IMG/VR virus record: IMGVR_UViG_3300009095_000071
Coordinates: 1 to 24,514 of that record
Strand: one strand, 5' to 3'
Length of the DNA: 24,514 bases
Origin: a virus
Taxonomy: Duplodnaviria > Caudoviricetes
The position numbers and the translations under genes were made by a program. This document shows, piece after piece, positions 6,844 through 14,123 of this stretch (the stretch's first letter is position 1; the number at the start of each line of letters is the position of its first letter). Below the pieces are notes generated by a model, which saw only the letters and a list, made by a program, of their open reading frames with translations, was not told the DNA's origin and did no database searches.

Positions 6844-7698
6844 TTACCTCAACGGTGAGAAAGGGGATTGAAGGCGGGGCAGTGGCCCCAGGGTTGCTAC
6901 CGCATCGCGCGGGTTGCCGGCGGGATCGCCCTCGCCGTTGCCAGCCGCGTCGCGCAGGCTGGACTTGAAATCAGAGATCAGCTTCATCGCCTCGGATCGG
7001 GGCAAGCCGGAGGCCCGCAGGGCGGCCTCGATGCGGCGCACGCTGGCGGCGCTGGCCCGCTCGCCACCCTCGCCGATCTGGTCGGAGGGCAGCAGGGCGT
7101 CGGCAAAGCCCCGGGCCACGGCATCGCTGCCGCCGATCCAAGTCTCGGCGTCCATCAGGGCGGCCATGTCGTCCAGGCTGTCGCCAGTGCGGGCGGCGTA
7201 GATGTCGGCCATGGCGGCGTCGAAGGGCTCGAGGTAGTCGGCCACGCCACGGAGTTCGTTGCGGTTGCCGGCGGCGATCACCCAGGCGTTGTGGATCATC
7301 AGAAAGCCGGCCCGGGGCACCTGCACCTCGTCGCCCGCCATGGCGATGATGGAGGCGGCAGAGGCGGCGAGGCCCAGCACCTTGACGGTGACTTCGCCCG
7401 GGTGCTCCCGAAGCAGGTTGTAAATGGCCAGGCCCTCGAACATGTCGCCACCGGGGCTGTTGATGTTGACGGTGACGGGGCCCTTGCCGAGGCTGCGCAG
7501 GGCGCCGGCAATGCGCTTGCTGGTGACGCCCTCGCCGGTCCACCAGTCCTGGCCGATCACGTCCAGGACGGAGATGGTGCGATCGTCCTCGGCGGCGGCC
7601 TGGATGCCGGCGTCCCAGCGGCTGAGGGCCTTGGGGGACAGGCGGCTTTGCACGTCGAGGCGATTGGCCGGGGCGGCGGGGAGGTGCTTGATGGTCAT
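6844..7698 (-). CDS. ClpP-type (S14) prohead maturation protease
   Basis: VNINSPGGDMFEG, GLAASAASIIAMAG, LMIHNAW, MDAETW. Confidence 0.95.
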   Translation of the reverse strand: MTIKHLPAAPANRLDVQSRLSPKALSRWDAGIQAAAEDDRTISVLDVIGQDWWTGEGVTSKRIAGALRSLGKGPVTVNINSPGGDMFEGLAIYNLLREHPGEVTVKVLGLAASAASIIAMAGDEVQVPRAGFLMIHNAWVIAAGNRNELRGVADYLEPFDAAMADIYAARTGDSLDDMAALMDAETWIGGSDAVARGFADALLPSDQIGEGGERASAASVRRIEAALRASGLPRSEAMKLISDFKSSLRDAAGNGEGDPAGNPRDAVATLGPLPRLQSPFSPLR

Positions 7699-8972
7699 TG
7701 TGTTTCTCCGTTGTCGTCACGCAGCCAGTTGGCCAGGGCGGCGCGGGCTTGCTGGTCGGTGGTGGCATTGCCCAGCATGTCCAGCGGCGCCAGGGCGGTT
7801 TGCACGGTCAGCACGGCGGCATTGCCGCCCATGGGCTCGCGGTCTTCCAGTTCCCGCACTTCGTCCCGGGTGAGGATGCCGTTGTTGACCATGGCGCTGT
7901 AGAACGCCGAGCGCCCGGCGCTGTCGGCGCGCAGCAGGCCCTCGACGGAGAACTTGGGGTAGTAGCGCAGCCGCTCCGCCGGGCTCAGCAAGTCCTTGCT
8001 GATGGACTGCTCGATGCGGCGCAGCCATGGCCCCAGGGTGAAGGTGAGGAAGCCGATCATCTGCTGCTCGATGCCGGTGCCCCAGCTGGTGGTCTTTTCC
8101 GCATGGCCAACCATAAAGGGCGGGACGCGGAACCAGCGGCAGACCTCCTCGACGGAGAAGCCGCGGCTTTCGAGTAGCTGGGCGTCGTTGGGGTTGATGC
8201 CGATGGTGCCCACGTCCATATCGGCTTCGAGAATCGCTGGGTCGCCGGCGTTGACGGCGCCGGAGATCGCCTTGATGGCGGTGCGGGCGTCGTCCCGCTG
8301 CTCCTTCTTCAGCACCTTGGGATATTTGAAATACGTGGTTGGCATCAGGCCCTTTTCAAAGGTGCTGCTGGCGGCTGCATCCGCCGCGAGGGCCGCGCCA
8401 AACACGTTGGCGCCGTACTGGATGACCGAAACGCCATTCTTGCCGTCAAGGCTGAACCCGGGGATGGTCCAGATGCGGCTGTCGGGGATCTGCCGCTGGC
8501 GGCCGGTTTCCTCGGTGTACCGCCAGATGCGGGTGCCATTGCTGCCCCGCTCGCAGTTCAGGCGGTCGGGCGCGAGGAAGGCAAGGCCAACCAGGCGGTT
8601 TCCCACCATGAGCTTTTCCGCCCGGGCCGCACCACGGAGCAGCATGGCGGCGACGGTGGATTCCCAGTGGACGGCGGCGGTGGTGTCGGCATTGGGCTGG
8701 TCGTGGATGATCATGTGCAGCGGGTGCTGGCTGGCCACCCGCTTGCCGGTGCTGGTCTTTTCGTACATCGACAGGGGCAGGGTGGCGATGGTCTCGGAGA
8801 TCAGCCGGGCGCAGGCCCACACGGCGGAGATGGACAGCATCTTTTCCGGAGTGACCACAATCCCCGAGGCGGAGTTGGCCGCGGTGGCGCCGTCGCTGTA
8901 GGTGCCGGAGAGGCCGAACCAGGAGAGGATGGCGGCCCGTATCTTCCCCGGCTTGTGCTGGCGTGGTTTCAT
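7695..8972 (-). CDS. Portal protein, HK97 family
   Basis: SAVWACARLISETIATLPL, DAQLLESRGFSVEEVCRWFRVPP, WGTGIEQQ, GLLRADS. Confidence 0.97.
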   Translation of the reverse strand: MKPRQHKPGKIRAAILSWFGLSGTYSDGATAANSASGIVVTPEKMLSISAVWACARLISETIATLPLSMYEKTSTGKRVASQHPLHMIIHDQPNADTTAAVHWESTVAAMLLRGAARAEKLMVGNRLVGLAFLAPDRLNCERGSNGTRIWRYTEETGRQRQIPDSRIWTIPGFSLDGKNGVSVIQYGANVFGAALAADAAASSTFEKGLMPTTYFKYPKVLKKEQRDDARTAIKAISGAVNAGDPAILEADMDVGTIGINPNDAQLLESRGFSVEEVCRWFRVPPFMVGHAEKTTSWGTGIEQQMIGFLTFTLGPWLRRIEQSISKDLLSPAERLRYYPKFSVEGLLRADSAGRSAFYSAMVNNGILTRDEVRELEDREPMGGNAAVLTVQTALAPLDMLGNATTDQQARAALANWLRDDNGETQ

Positions 8973-10705
8973 CAGATTATCGGGTCCATCAAGAAGTCGC
9001 GGAGATCGCCTTCATCGCTTCCCATGGCCAGGGCAATGGCCATGATAAGGGCGACGGCGGGGTCAATTTTTTCGGAAACCTTGCTCTTGTCGGGCTTGAT
9101 GTCGCCGGCCGGGTTGGTGTCGGCCACCACGTTGCTCACTGCCCAGGTGAGCAGCGGGTCGTTGTGCTCCAGCTTCCCGGTGAGCACCAGCCGCATCAGC
9201 TCCTTCATGGGCGCGGACATGGAGCCGAAGCCCTGCCCAAACTTGACCATGGGCACGCCCTCGGCCATCAGGTCGTTGACCAGCTGGGAGCTGTTCCAGC
9301 GGTCAAAGGCGATGCCGCGCACGTCAAAGCGCTCGCAGGCGGCGAGGATGTCGGCCTTGATCCAGTCGTAATCGATGGTTTCGCCGGGCAGCACCACCAG
9401 GTGGCCGCTGTCGCGGAACTGCTCCAGGGTCTTGTCGCCCTTGCGCAACCGGCGCTCCAGGGCAGCCTGGGGCAGGTAGGCGCGGCCAATGGTGCGGCGG
9501 GCGCCGTCAGGGCCGGGGAACACCAGGCGGAAGGCGCACATATCCTCGACGCTGGCCAAGTCGAGGCCGCCGTGGCACTCGGCGCCGTCGAGGTCGCTGC
9601 GGGTGCCGGGCGTCCAGGGCGCGAGACTGTCGAAATCGACGCGGCACTGGTGCCACTTGTCCATGCCCATCCAGAGGGACTCGGCATAGGTCCAGATGTT
9701 GAGGCGCTTGGTGAGGAACTCGACCTTGGCGCTGGGCATCTCTTTGGCCTTGCGGCACTGGTCCCGCAGGTCGTCCAGCTTGACGCTGACGCCGAGGTTG
9801 GGGTTGGCTTTGATCCAGACCCGCTCGTCGTCCCAGCGCTCCATGTCTTCGGTGTCCAGGGTGTAGATGATGGCGAAAAAGCTGTCATCCTCTACGGCGC
9901 GTTCCAGCACCTTGACGGCGTAGCCGCGCTGTTCGTAGCCGAAGCCCTTGCGATTGAAGCCGGCCGTGGTGATGCCCCGCATCAACGGCTGGCGGCGGGC
10001 GCCCTTTGCCGATTCCAGCACGTCCCAGACGGCGCTGGTGGGGTGGGCGTGAATCTCGTCCACCAGCCCGAGGTAAACATTGAGGCCGTCGAGGCTGTCC
10101 GTTTTAGAGGCAAGCGGCTTGAAGACGCAGTGCCCTTCGCGGCTACGGATGTCGTGTTCCCGCGCTTCCAGGAACTGCCGAAGGCCAGGGCTTTGCCGAA
10201 CCATCGCCTGGGCGCTGGTGAAAAGCTCCCGCGCCTGATCTTTTTGCGTGGCCGCGCTGTAGACCTTGGCGCCGGGCTCCTGCTCGCCAACCAGACCGTA
10301 CAGACCGGCGGCGCTGAGGCGCGTTGTTTTGCCGTCCTTGCGGGCCACCTCTTCGTAAGTCGATCGGAACCGGCGCGTGCCGTCCGCCCGCAACCAGCCG
10401 TAGACGTTGGCCTCGATGAAGCACTGGTGCGGGGAGAAATCAATCGGCTTGCCAGCCAGCTCGCCCTGGTAGTGCCGGCAGTAGCGGGCAACGAACCGGA
10501 AGAACCGGGCGGCGCTTCGCTCATCAAAATAAATGCCCCGCTTGTGGCCGTGCTCGAGGTCGTCGTAGAACCGATCAACGGCGAGCTTGACGTAGCGCCC
10601 CGCCACCTGGCGCCCGGATTTGACATCGGCGGCGTACTGGTAGGCACGGTCGAGCCACTCCCTGCCGACTTCCGGCGGGGCTGTGATTTCTGCTGGTAGG
10701 CCCAT
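8972..10705 (-). CDS. terL: Terminase large subunit
   Basis: ARKDGKT Walker A, LVDEIHAH Walker B, ITTAG, KANPNLG, GGLDLAS, FDRWN, KIDPAVA. Confidence 0.97.
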   Translation of the reverse strand: MGLPAEITAPPEVGREWLDRAYQYAADVKSGRQVAGRYVKLAVDRFYDDLEHGHKRGIYFDERSAARFFRFVARYCRHYQGELAGKPIDFSPHQCFIEANVYGWLRADGTRRFRSTYEEVARKDGKTTRLSAAGLYGLVGEQEPGAKVYSAATQKDQARELFTSAQAMVRQSPGLRQFLEAREHDIRSREGHCVFKPLASKTDSLDGLNVYLGLVDEIHAHPTSAVWDVLESAKGARRQPLMRGITTAGFNRKGFGYEQRGYAVKVLERAVEDDSFFAIIYTLDTEDMERWDDERVWIKANPNLGVSVKLDDLRDQCRKAKEMPSAKVEFLTKRLNIWTYAESLWMGMDKWHQCRVDFDSLAPWTPGTRSDLDGAECHGGLDLASVEDMCAFRLVFPGPDGARRTIGRAYLPQAALERRLRKGDKTLEQFRDSGHLVVLPGETIDYDWIKADILAACERFDVRGIAFDRWNSSQLVNDLMAEGVPMVKFGQGFGSMSAPMKELMRLVLTGKLEHNDPLLTWAVSNVVADTNPAGDIKPDKSKVSEKIDPAVALIMAIALAMGSDEGDLRDFLMDPII

Positions 10706-11160
10706 CAGTCAAGATTGAGCCTGGCCTGCTGCGGGTTATCGATGCTGACCCCTTTACGGGCAACCGGCGTCATGCCGAACTGCCTGGCAAGGGCGTTGTA
10801 TGCCTTGCTGTAACGGGAGTAGGCCACCGAATACGGGCTGACTTGCACATAGCCATTCGGCGTTGTCTGGAACTCACCATGGACCTGCAGCTGCTCCTCG
10901 GCCTCTTTCGCCCTCGCGTAGTAGGTGCAGAGGTTGGCCAGCGTGCCCTGGTCAAGCCGCGAGAGCAGGCCGTAGTCCTTGAGGTGCTTGACCATATAGC
11001 GCCAGTGTTTTTTCGCGTCGTCGGACAGCCACTGGGGCATCGTCGGCGCTTCGCACGGTATGCCCTGGAACAGGTCGGGCTTTTGTGCGACCTCGGCAGC
11101 GGCTTGATCACGGCGCCGGTCTTCGAGGCTGATCACCGATGGAAAGTGGGAAATGGTCAT
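10705..11160 (-). CDS. terS: Terminase small subunit, P27 family
   Basis: PQWLSDDAKKHW…LSRLD…L…YY…QVSPY…FGMTPVAR, immediately upstream of terL. Confidence 0.92.
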   Translation of the reverse strand: MTISHFPSVISLEDRRRDQAAAEVAQKPDLFQGIPCEAPTMPQWLSDDAKKHWRYMVKHLKDYGLLSRLDQGTLANLCTYYARAKEAEEQLQVHGEFQTTPNGYVQVSPYSVAYSRYSKAYNALARQFGMTPVARKGVSIDNPQQARLNLD

Positions 11161-11217
11161 AACGCCCTCCGGCTTTTAACCCCCCCCCATTTTTTTCAGC
11201 GCTCATAAATAAACGAT

Positions 11218-11226
11218 TGGGGGCGC
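11218..11226 (-). other. Probable cos site core GCGCCCCCA
   Basis: Lies in the HNH-terS intergenic gap, flanked by G-runs and an AT-rich tract. It matches the 9-nt 3' cohesive end I recall for Pseudomonas phage D3. Confidence 0.6.
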
Positions 11227-11252
11227 GGTGTCCGGGGCGATGGCCTGAAGTT

Positions 11253-11609
11253 TTACCCACCCCTCCCCTGTCTCGACTCCGCTTGTGTCTTGATGTCGCT
11301 GCACCGGCGGCACAGCGTTTGGAGATTGCCGTCATCGTCCGATCCGCCTTGCGAAACCGGCACGATGTGGTCGCAGATCCCGGCCAGCGGCCCGGATAAT
11401 GCCACCACGGTCACAGTCCCGACCTTAAGGCAAGACTGGCACAGAAATTCATCGCGGCGAAAAATCCGCTCACGAAGCCGACGCCAGGGCCTCCCGCCCC
11501 GACCCGATCTAGCGACATGCGGGGCCTTAACCCACGCCTGACGATTAGGGCAATCGCCCTGGTGCACAGCTTTGCAAGCGCCACACCAGCGAGCGGGGCG
11601 GCCCGCCAC
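11253..11609 (-). CDS. Terminase-associated HNH endonuclease (HK97 gp74-like)
   Basis: WRRLRERIFRRDEFLCQSC…CDHIVPVSQGGSDDDGNLQTLCRRC. Confidence 0.93.
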   Translation of the reverse strand: MAGRPARWCGACKAVHQGDCPNRQAWVKAPHVARSGRGGRPWRRLRERIFRRDEFLCQSCLKVGTVTVVALSGPLAGICDHIVPVSQGGSDDDGNLQTLCRRCSDIKTQAESRQGRGG

Positions 11610-11785
11610 TACACGGGGCTCCCATCCAGATAACGACCAGGATCATCGCCAAGGTCGCCATCATCGGTCTCCTCCGATGCCTCCACGATCATCTCCAACA
11701 GCAGAACCTGGCGCTCTTGAAGCACCACCAGCCTCGCCAAGCTCGCCGCCAGACTTTCGCAACAGCATCGCCCGCAATCGCTCAC
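11609..11785 (-). CDS. Small phage hypothetical protein (58 aa, not in the ORF track)
   Basis: GGAGGT RBS then GTG at 11785. MSDCGRCCCESLAASLARLVVLQERQVLLLEMIVEASEETDDGDLGDDPGRYLDGSPV; its stop overlaps the HNH start (TAGTG). Confidence 0.65.
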   Translation of the reverse strand: MSDCGRCCCESLAASLARLVVLQERQVLLLEMIVEASEETDDGDLGDDPGRYLDGSPV

Positions 11786-11846
11786 GCGACACCTCCACCA
11801 GCCTGGCCATCCGTTCGCGCCGCCGCCGGCAACCCTCGCAACTCAC
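11661..11846 (-). CDS. Small basic hypothetical protein (N-terminal CxxC)
   Basis: MSCEGCRRRRERM…, starts 4 nt after the upstream stop and overlaps the 58-aa gene in another frame. Confidence 0.4.
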   Translation of the reverse strand: MSCEGCRRRRERMARLVEVSRERLRAMLLRKSGGELGEAGGASRAPGSAVGDDRGGIGGDR

Positions 11847-11849
11847 CCG

Positions 11850-12113
11850 TCACTTCCGAAAAACGCCGGCCGAGTTGAACGCACCCACCAGCCCGCCGAT
11901 GGTCTTTTCAAGCGCTGGCCACAGCTCAGAAAAGGTCAGCCCGATGTCTTGTGCGGCGGCGTAGGCGCCTTCGAGGATGGCGCGGATGGCAGCCAGCTTG
12001 GCCTCACCCTTGCCCTGGCCGGGGATCGCCTCTTCCACCGCCTTGATGGCCTCGATAACCACGGGTAGCAGGGTAATGATGGCTTTGAGAATCGTCAGAA
12101 ACTTCATGGTCAA
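11850..12113 (-). CDS. Amphipathic/membrane protein of the lysis module
   Basis: Hydrophobic N-terminus and GQGKGEAKL motif; lies at the end of the lysis cassette. Confidence 0.7.
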   Translation of the reverse strand: MTMKFLTILKAIITLLPVVIEAIKAVEEAIPGQGKGEAKLAAIRAILEGAYAAAQDIGLTFSELWPALEKTIGGLVGAFNSAGVFRK

Positions 12114-12310
12114 TACCTACACGTTACGCTCGCCACAGCGCCATCAAGGCGCAGGCCAGCAGGAGTGGAATCATCACGGGCGATCACCGGCGCCAGGCTT
12201 GGTTGGCAGTCCCACCTTTTCGGTGCTGACCACGGTGAACACGACATTAACCAGGGCGAACAGACCAACAGCCATAGCATCAATCGCCTCACCCGTGACG
12301 GGGATCTCAT
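12110..12310 (-). CDS. Putative lipoprotein (o-spanin/Rz1-like), overlapping the upstream membrane gene
   Basis: GGAGG RBS before the ATG at 12310. MRSPSRVRRL-MLWLLVCSPW-LMS/C gives a basic n-region, an h-region and a lipobox-like Cys. The stop overlaps the next start. Confidence 0.5.
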   Translation of the reverse strand: MRSPSRVRRLMLWLLVCSPWLMSCSPWSAPKRWDCQPSLAPVIARDDSTPAGLRLDGAVASVTCRY

Positions 12311-12464
12311 AGCCGAACGCCTCCGCCGCATACACCAGCGCCACCAGCAGGGCGGCCACCGCGTTGCTGGTTACCTGGCCGCGCTTCCACGCCGCCGGGT
12401 CGGCCACCACCTCGCCGGCCCTGAACACCCGCCACGCGGCAGACAGCTTACGCATCGAACCCAT
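12174..12464 (-). CDS. Two-TM membrane protein of the lysis module
   Basis: GGAGG RBS before the ATG at 12464, and two hydrophobic segments (AVAALLVALVYAA; AMAVGLFALVNVVFTVVS). Confidence 0.75.
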   Translation of the reverse strand: MGSMRKLSAAWRVFRAGEVVADPAAWKRGQVTSNAVAALLVALVYAAEAFGYEIPVTGEAIDAMAVGLFALVNVVFTVVSTEKVGLPTKPGAGDRP

Positions 12465-12921
12465 AAAACCTCCGCGCCCGCTCAAAGTACCCGGGCCAAG
12501 TATTCGCGTGCGGCTGGCCAGGGCGCCACGCCCACAGGTATTGCTTCCAGCCATCGCCAGACGACTCAGGCAACGCGCTCGGCACCGTAAACAGCAACAG
12601 CCGGGCGAACACCAAGGCCAGCACATCGTTATCCGGCAGCGCGTTATACGCCGCCTCCACCGTCACCGGATAATCCAGGCGGGTCAGCACATCGCGGGCA
12701 ATCCCGCTGGTGGCCGGGTGCGTCATCACCCCGCGCACACCGCCGCCCATCTCGAACTGCCAGTAACCATTCGCGGGCCCGCCGATCTGTCGCCGGTGCA
12801 TAAACCGCGACTCCTGCAGCCCAATGGCCATCAGCATCGCCCGGGCCTGGGGCGTATCGAACCGCTCAGGCAGCCACAGCAGACCCGCTGTGATCAGCTT
12901 GTCCGCATCGCCCAGGGTCAT
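12448..12921 (-). CDS. Endolysin (lysozyme/transglycosylase-like fold)
   Basis: AMLMAIGLQESRF…GGPANGYWQFE…YLWAWRPGQP. ATGA overlap with the holin. Confidence 0.8.
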   Translation of the reverse strand: MTLGDADKLITAGLLWLPERFDTPQARAMLMAIGLQESRFMHRRQIGGPANGYWQFEMGGGVRGVMTHPATSGIARDVLTRLDYPVTVEAAYNALPDNDVLALVFARLLLFTVPSALPESSGDGWKQYLWAWRPGQPHANTWPGYFERARRFYGFDA

Positions 12922-13232
12922 CGCTTCACCCGCCCCACCACATAATCCAGCACCAACTCGCGGAACTTCACCACGCCAGCAAACCCAACCGCCGAACCGA
13001 TAAACACCGCTACGCCACGGGGAACGCTGAAATACTCCGCGCCGCTCGCAATGCCATAGGCAATGCACCCACAGAGCAGCGACTCGAGGGCGATCCGCAT
13101 CCGGTTCGTCTCCGTCTGATCGTAGATAATGCGCAGCGGCGCGATGATCACCGCCGCCACAAACGCCTGCAGCGGCCCGGGCAAGCCCGACAGCCAGTCA
13201 AGCACCATCGCAATCTTCTCGGGCATCCGCAT
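12918..13232 (-). CDS. Holin, lambda S family, with dual-start motif
   Basis: MRMPEK N-terminus (lambda S is MKMPEK), three hydrophobic segments and a basic C-terminus. First gene after the late promoter. Confidence 0.9.
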   Translation of the reverse strand: MRMPEKIAMVLDWLSGLPGPLQAFVAAVIIAPLRIIYDQTETNRMRIALESLLCGCIAYGIASGAEYFSVPRGVAVFIGSAVGFAGVVKFRELVLDYVVGRVKR

Positions 13233-13347
13233 AATCCTTGAGCCTGCCGGCGGTCATAAAAAACCCCGCGTAACCGCATTGCGCGGCCAGAGGCGGGGGC
13301 TGTCGGGGGAGGACAACACAGTCATGGCCGAGGCCAAAATCGGGCAT

Positions 13348-13372
13348 AAAAAAACCCGGCGCGGTGGCCGGG
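13348..13372 (-). terminator. Late-leader terminator (tR'-like)
   Basis: CCCGGC-N6-GCCGGG followed by T7, about 40 nt downstream of the late promoter -10. A second hairpin plus T-run lies at about 13258-13299. Confidence 0.75.
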
Positions 13373-13409
13373 CTTCATCTATCGTCGGGTTTCAAAACTT
13401 TACACGTAA

Positions 13410-13438
13410 ATTCTGGTCGACCGGTAGACCACTGTCAA
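13410..13438 (-). promoter_or_regulatory. Late promoter (pR'-like)
   Basis: TTGACA-17 nt-CAGAAT. The spacer contains the imperfect palindrome GGTCTACCGGTCGACC, and the -35 overlaps the stop of the Q-like gene. Confidence 0.75.
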
Positions 13439-13827
13439 GCACTCTCCCCCACATTTTTCAAATACAGCGCGCCGTACAGCTGATTGAGCGCGCAGTCCCG
13501 CAGTTGCATCACCCGCTGCTTGCTCATCCCGCTGGCCCGGGAGACCGCATTCAGGCTCCGCCGAAAGCAATACAGTGCCACCATCACCCGCACCACGTCC
13601 GGCCCCATCGCCGCGATCATCCGGTCAAGCGCCTCGCAATACTCATCCGACGCCCTCGGGTATGGATACCGGGGCGGCGCATCATCCCCCCACCCAGAGC
13701 CACGCGGCACCAGCTCCGCCCAACCAGGGCGGCCAGCCCCCAGCATCCGCTCGATGCGCGGCCGCGCCCACTGCCCCCACGCCATGATCATCACATCGTC
13801 CTCGATCTTCGTCACAGTAACCGCCAT
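13435..13827 (-). CDS. Q-like late antiterminator / late gene regulator
   Basis: AWGQWAR N-terminal motif and C-terminal sigma4-like HTH (SLNAVSRASGMSKQRV); lies directly before the late promoter. Confidence 0.75.
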   Translation of the reverse strand: MAVTVTKIEDDVMIMAWGQWARPRIERMLGAGRPGWAELVPRGSGWGDDAPPRYPYPRASDEYCEALDRMIAAMGPDVVRVMVALYCFRRSLNAVSRASGMSKQRVMQLRDCALNQLYGALYLKNVGESA

Positions 13828-13856
13828 TTGATGCCCTCCACCCTATCAAAACCCAA

Positions 13857-14111
13857 TGCCGACACTATGCCGACACTTAAAGCCCAACTATCGGCAATAT
13901 AAACCCTTGATATTTATCCATTTGCCGGAGTGCCGACACTGCCGACACTTGTGCGCCTCGCGTGTGAGAGATTTTTTTTCATCACACGAAGAATCCCCGC
14001 ATTTATTTACGCCCGTGCGCGCGCGATAAACCCTCGGCACTGTCGGCACCCCGGCAAATCCATTATTTTCAATAGCTTGCATTGCCGACACTTGGCAACC
14101 AACTATCGGCA
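13857..14111. repeat. Iteron-like repeats, probable replication origin
   Basis: TGCCGACACT at 13857, 13868, 13931, 13940 and 14083. Inverted variants at 13886-13896, 14039-14048 and 14101-14111. Interspersed AT-rich tracts, directly downstream of the helicase gene. Confidence 0.78.
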
Positions 14112-14123
14112 GACCTCCGGCAA

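Noticed and set aside
5588-10699. Long plus-strand ORFs (427, 344, 301, 578 aa)
   Set aside because: They are antisense shadows of the capsid, protease, portal and terminase genes in GC-rich DNA, with no recognisable motifs.
11180-11188. C9/G9 homopolymer as a phase-variation tract
   Set aside because: It is intergenic next to the probable cos site, where G-runs are common, and no reading frame depends on it.
13857-14111. Repeats as a CRISPR array
   Set aside because: The units are 10 bp, irregularly spaced and in both orientations, and no cas genes are present. They fit origin iterons better.
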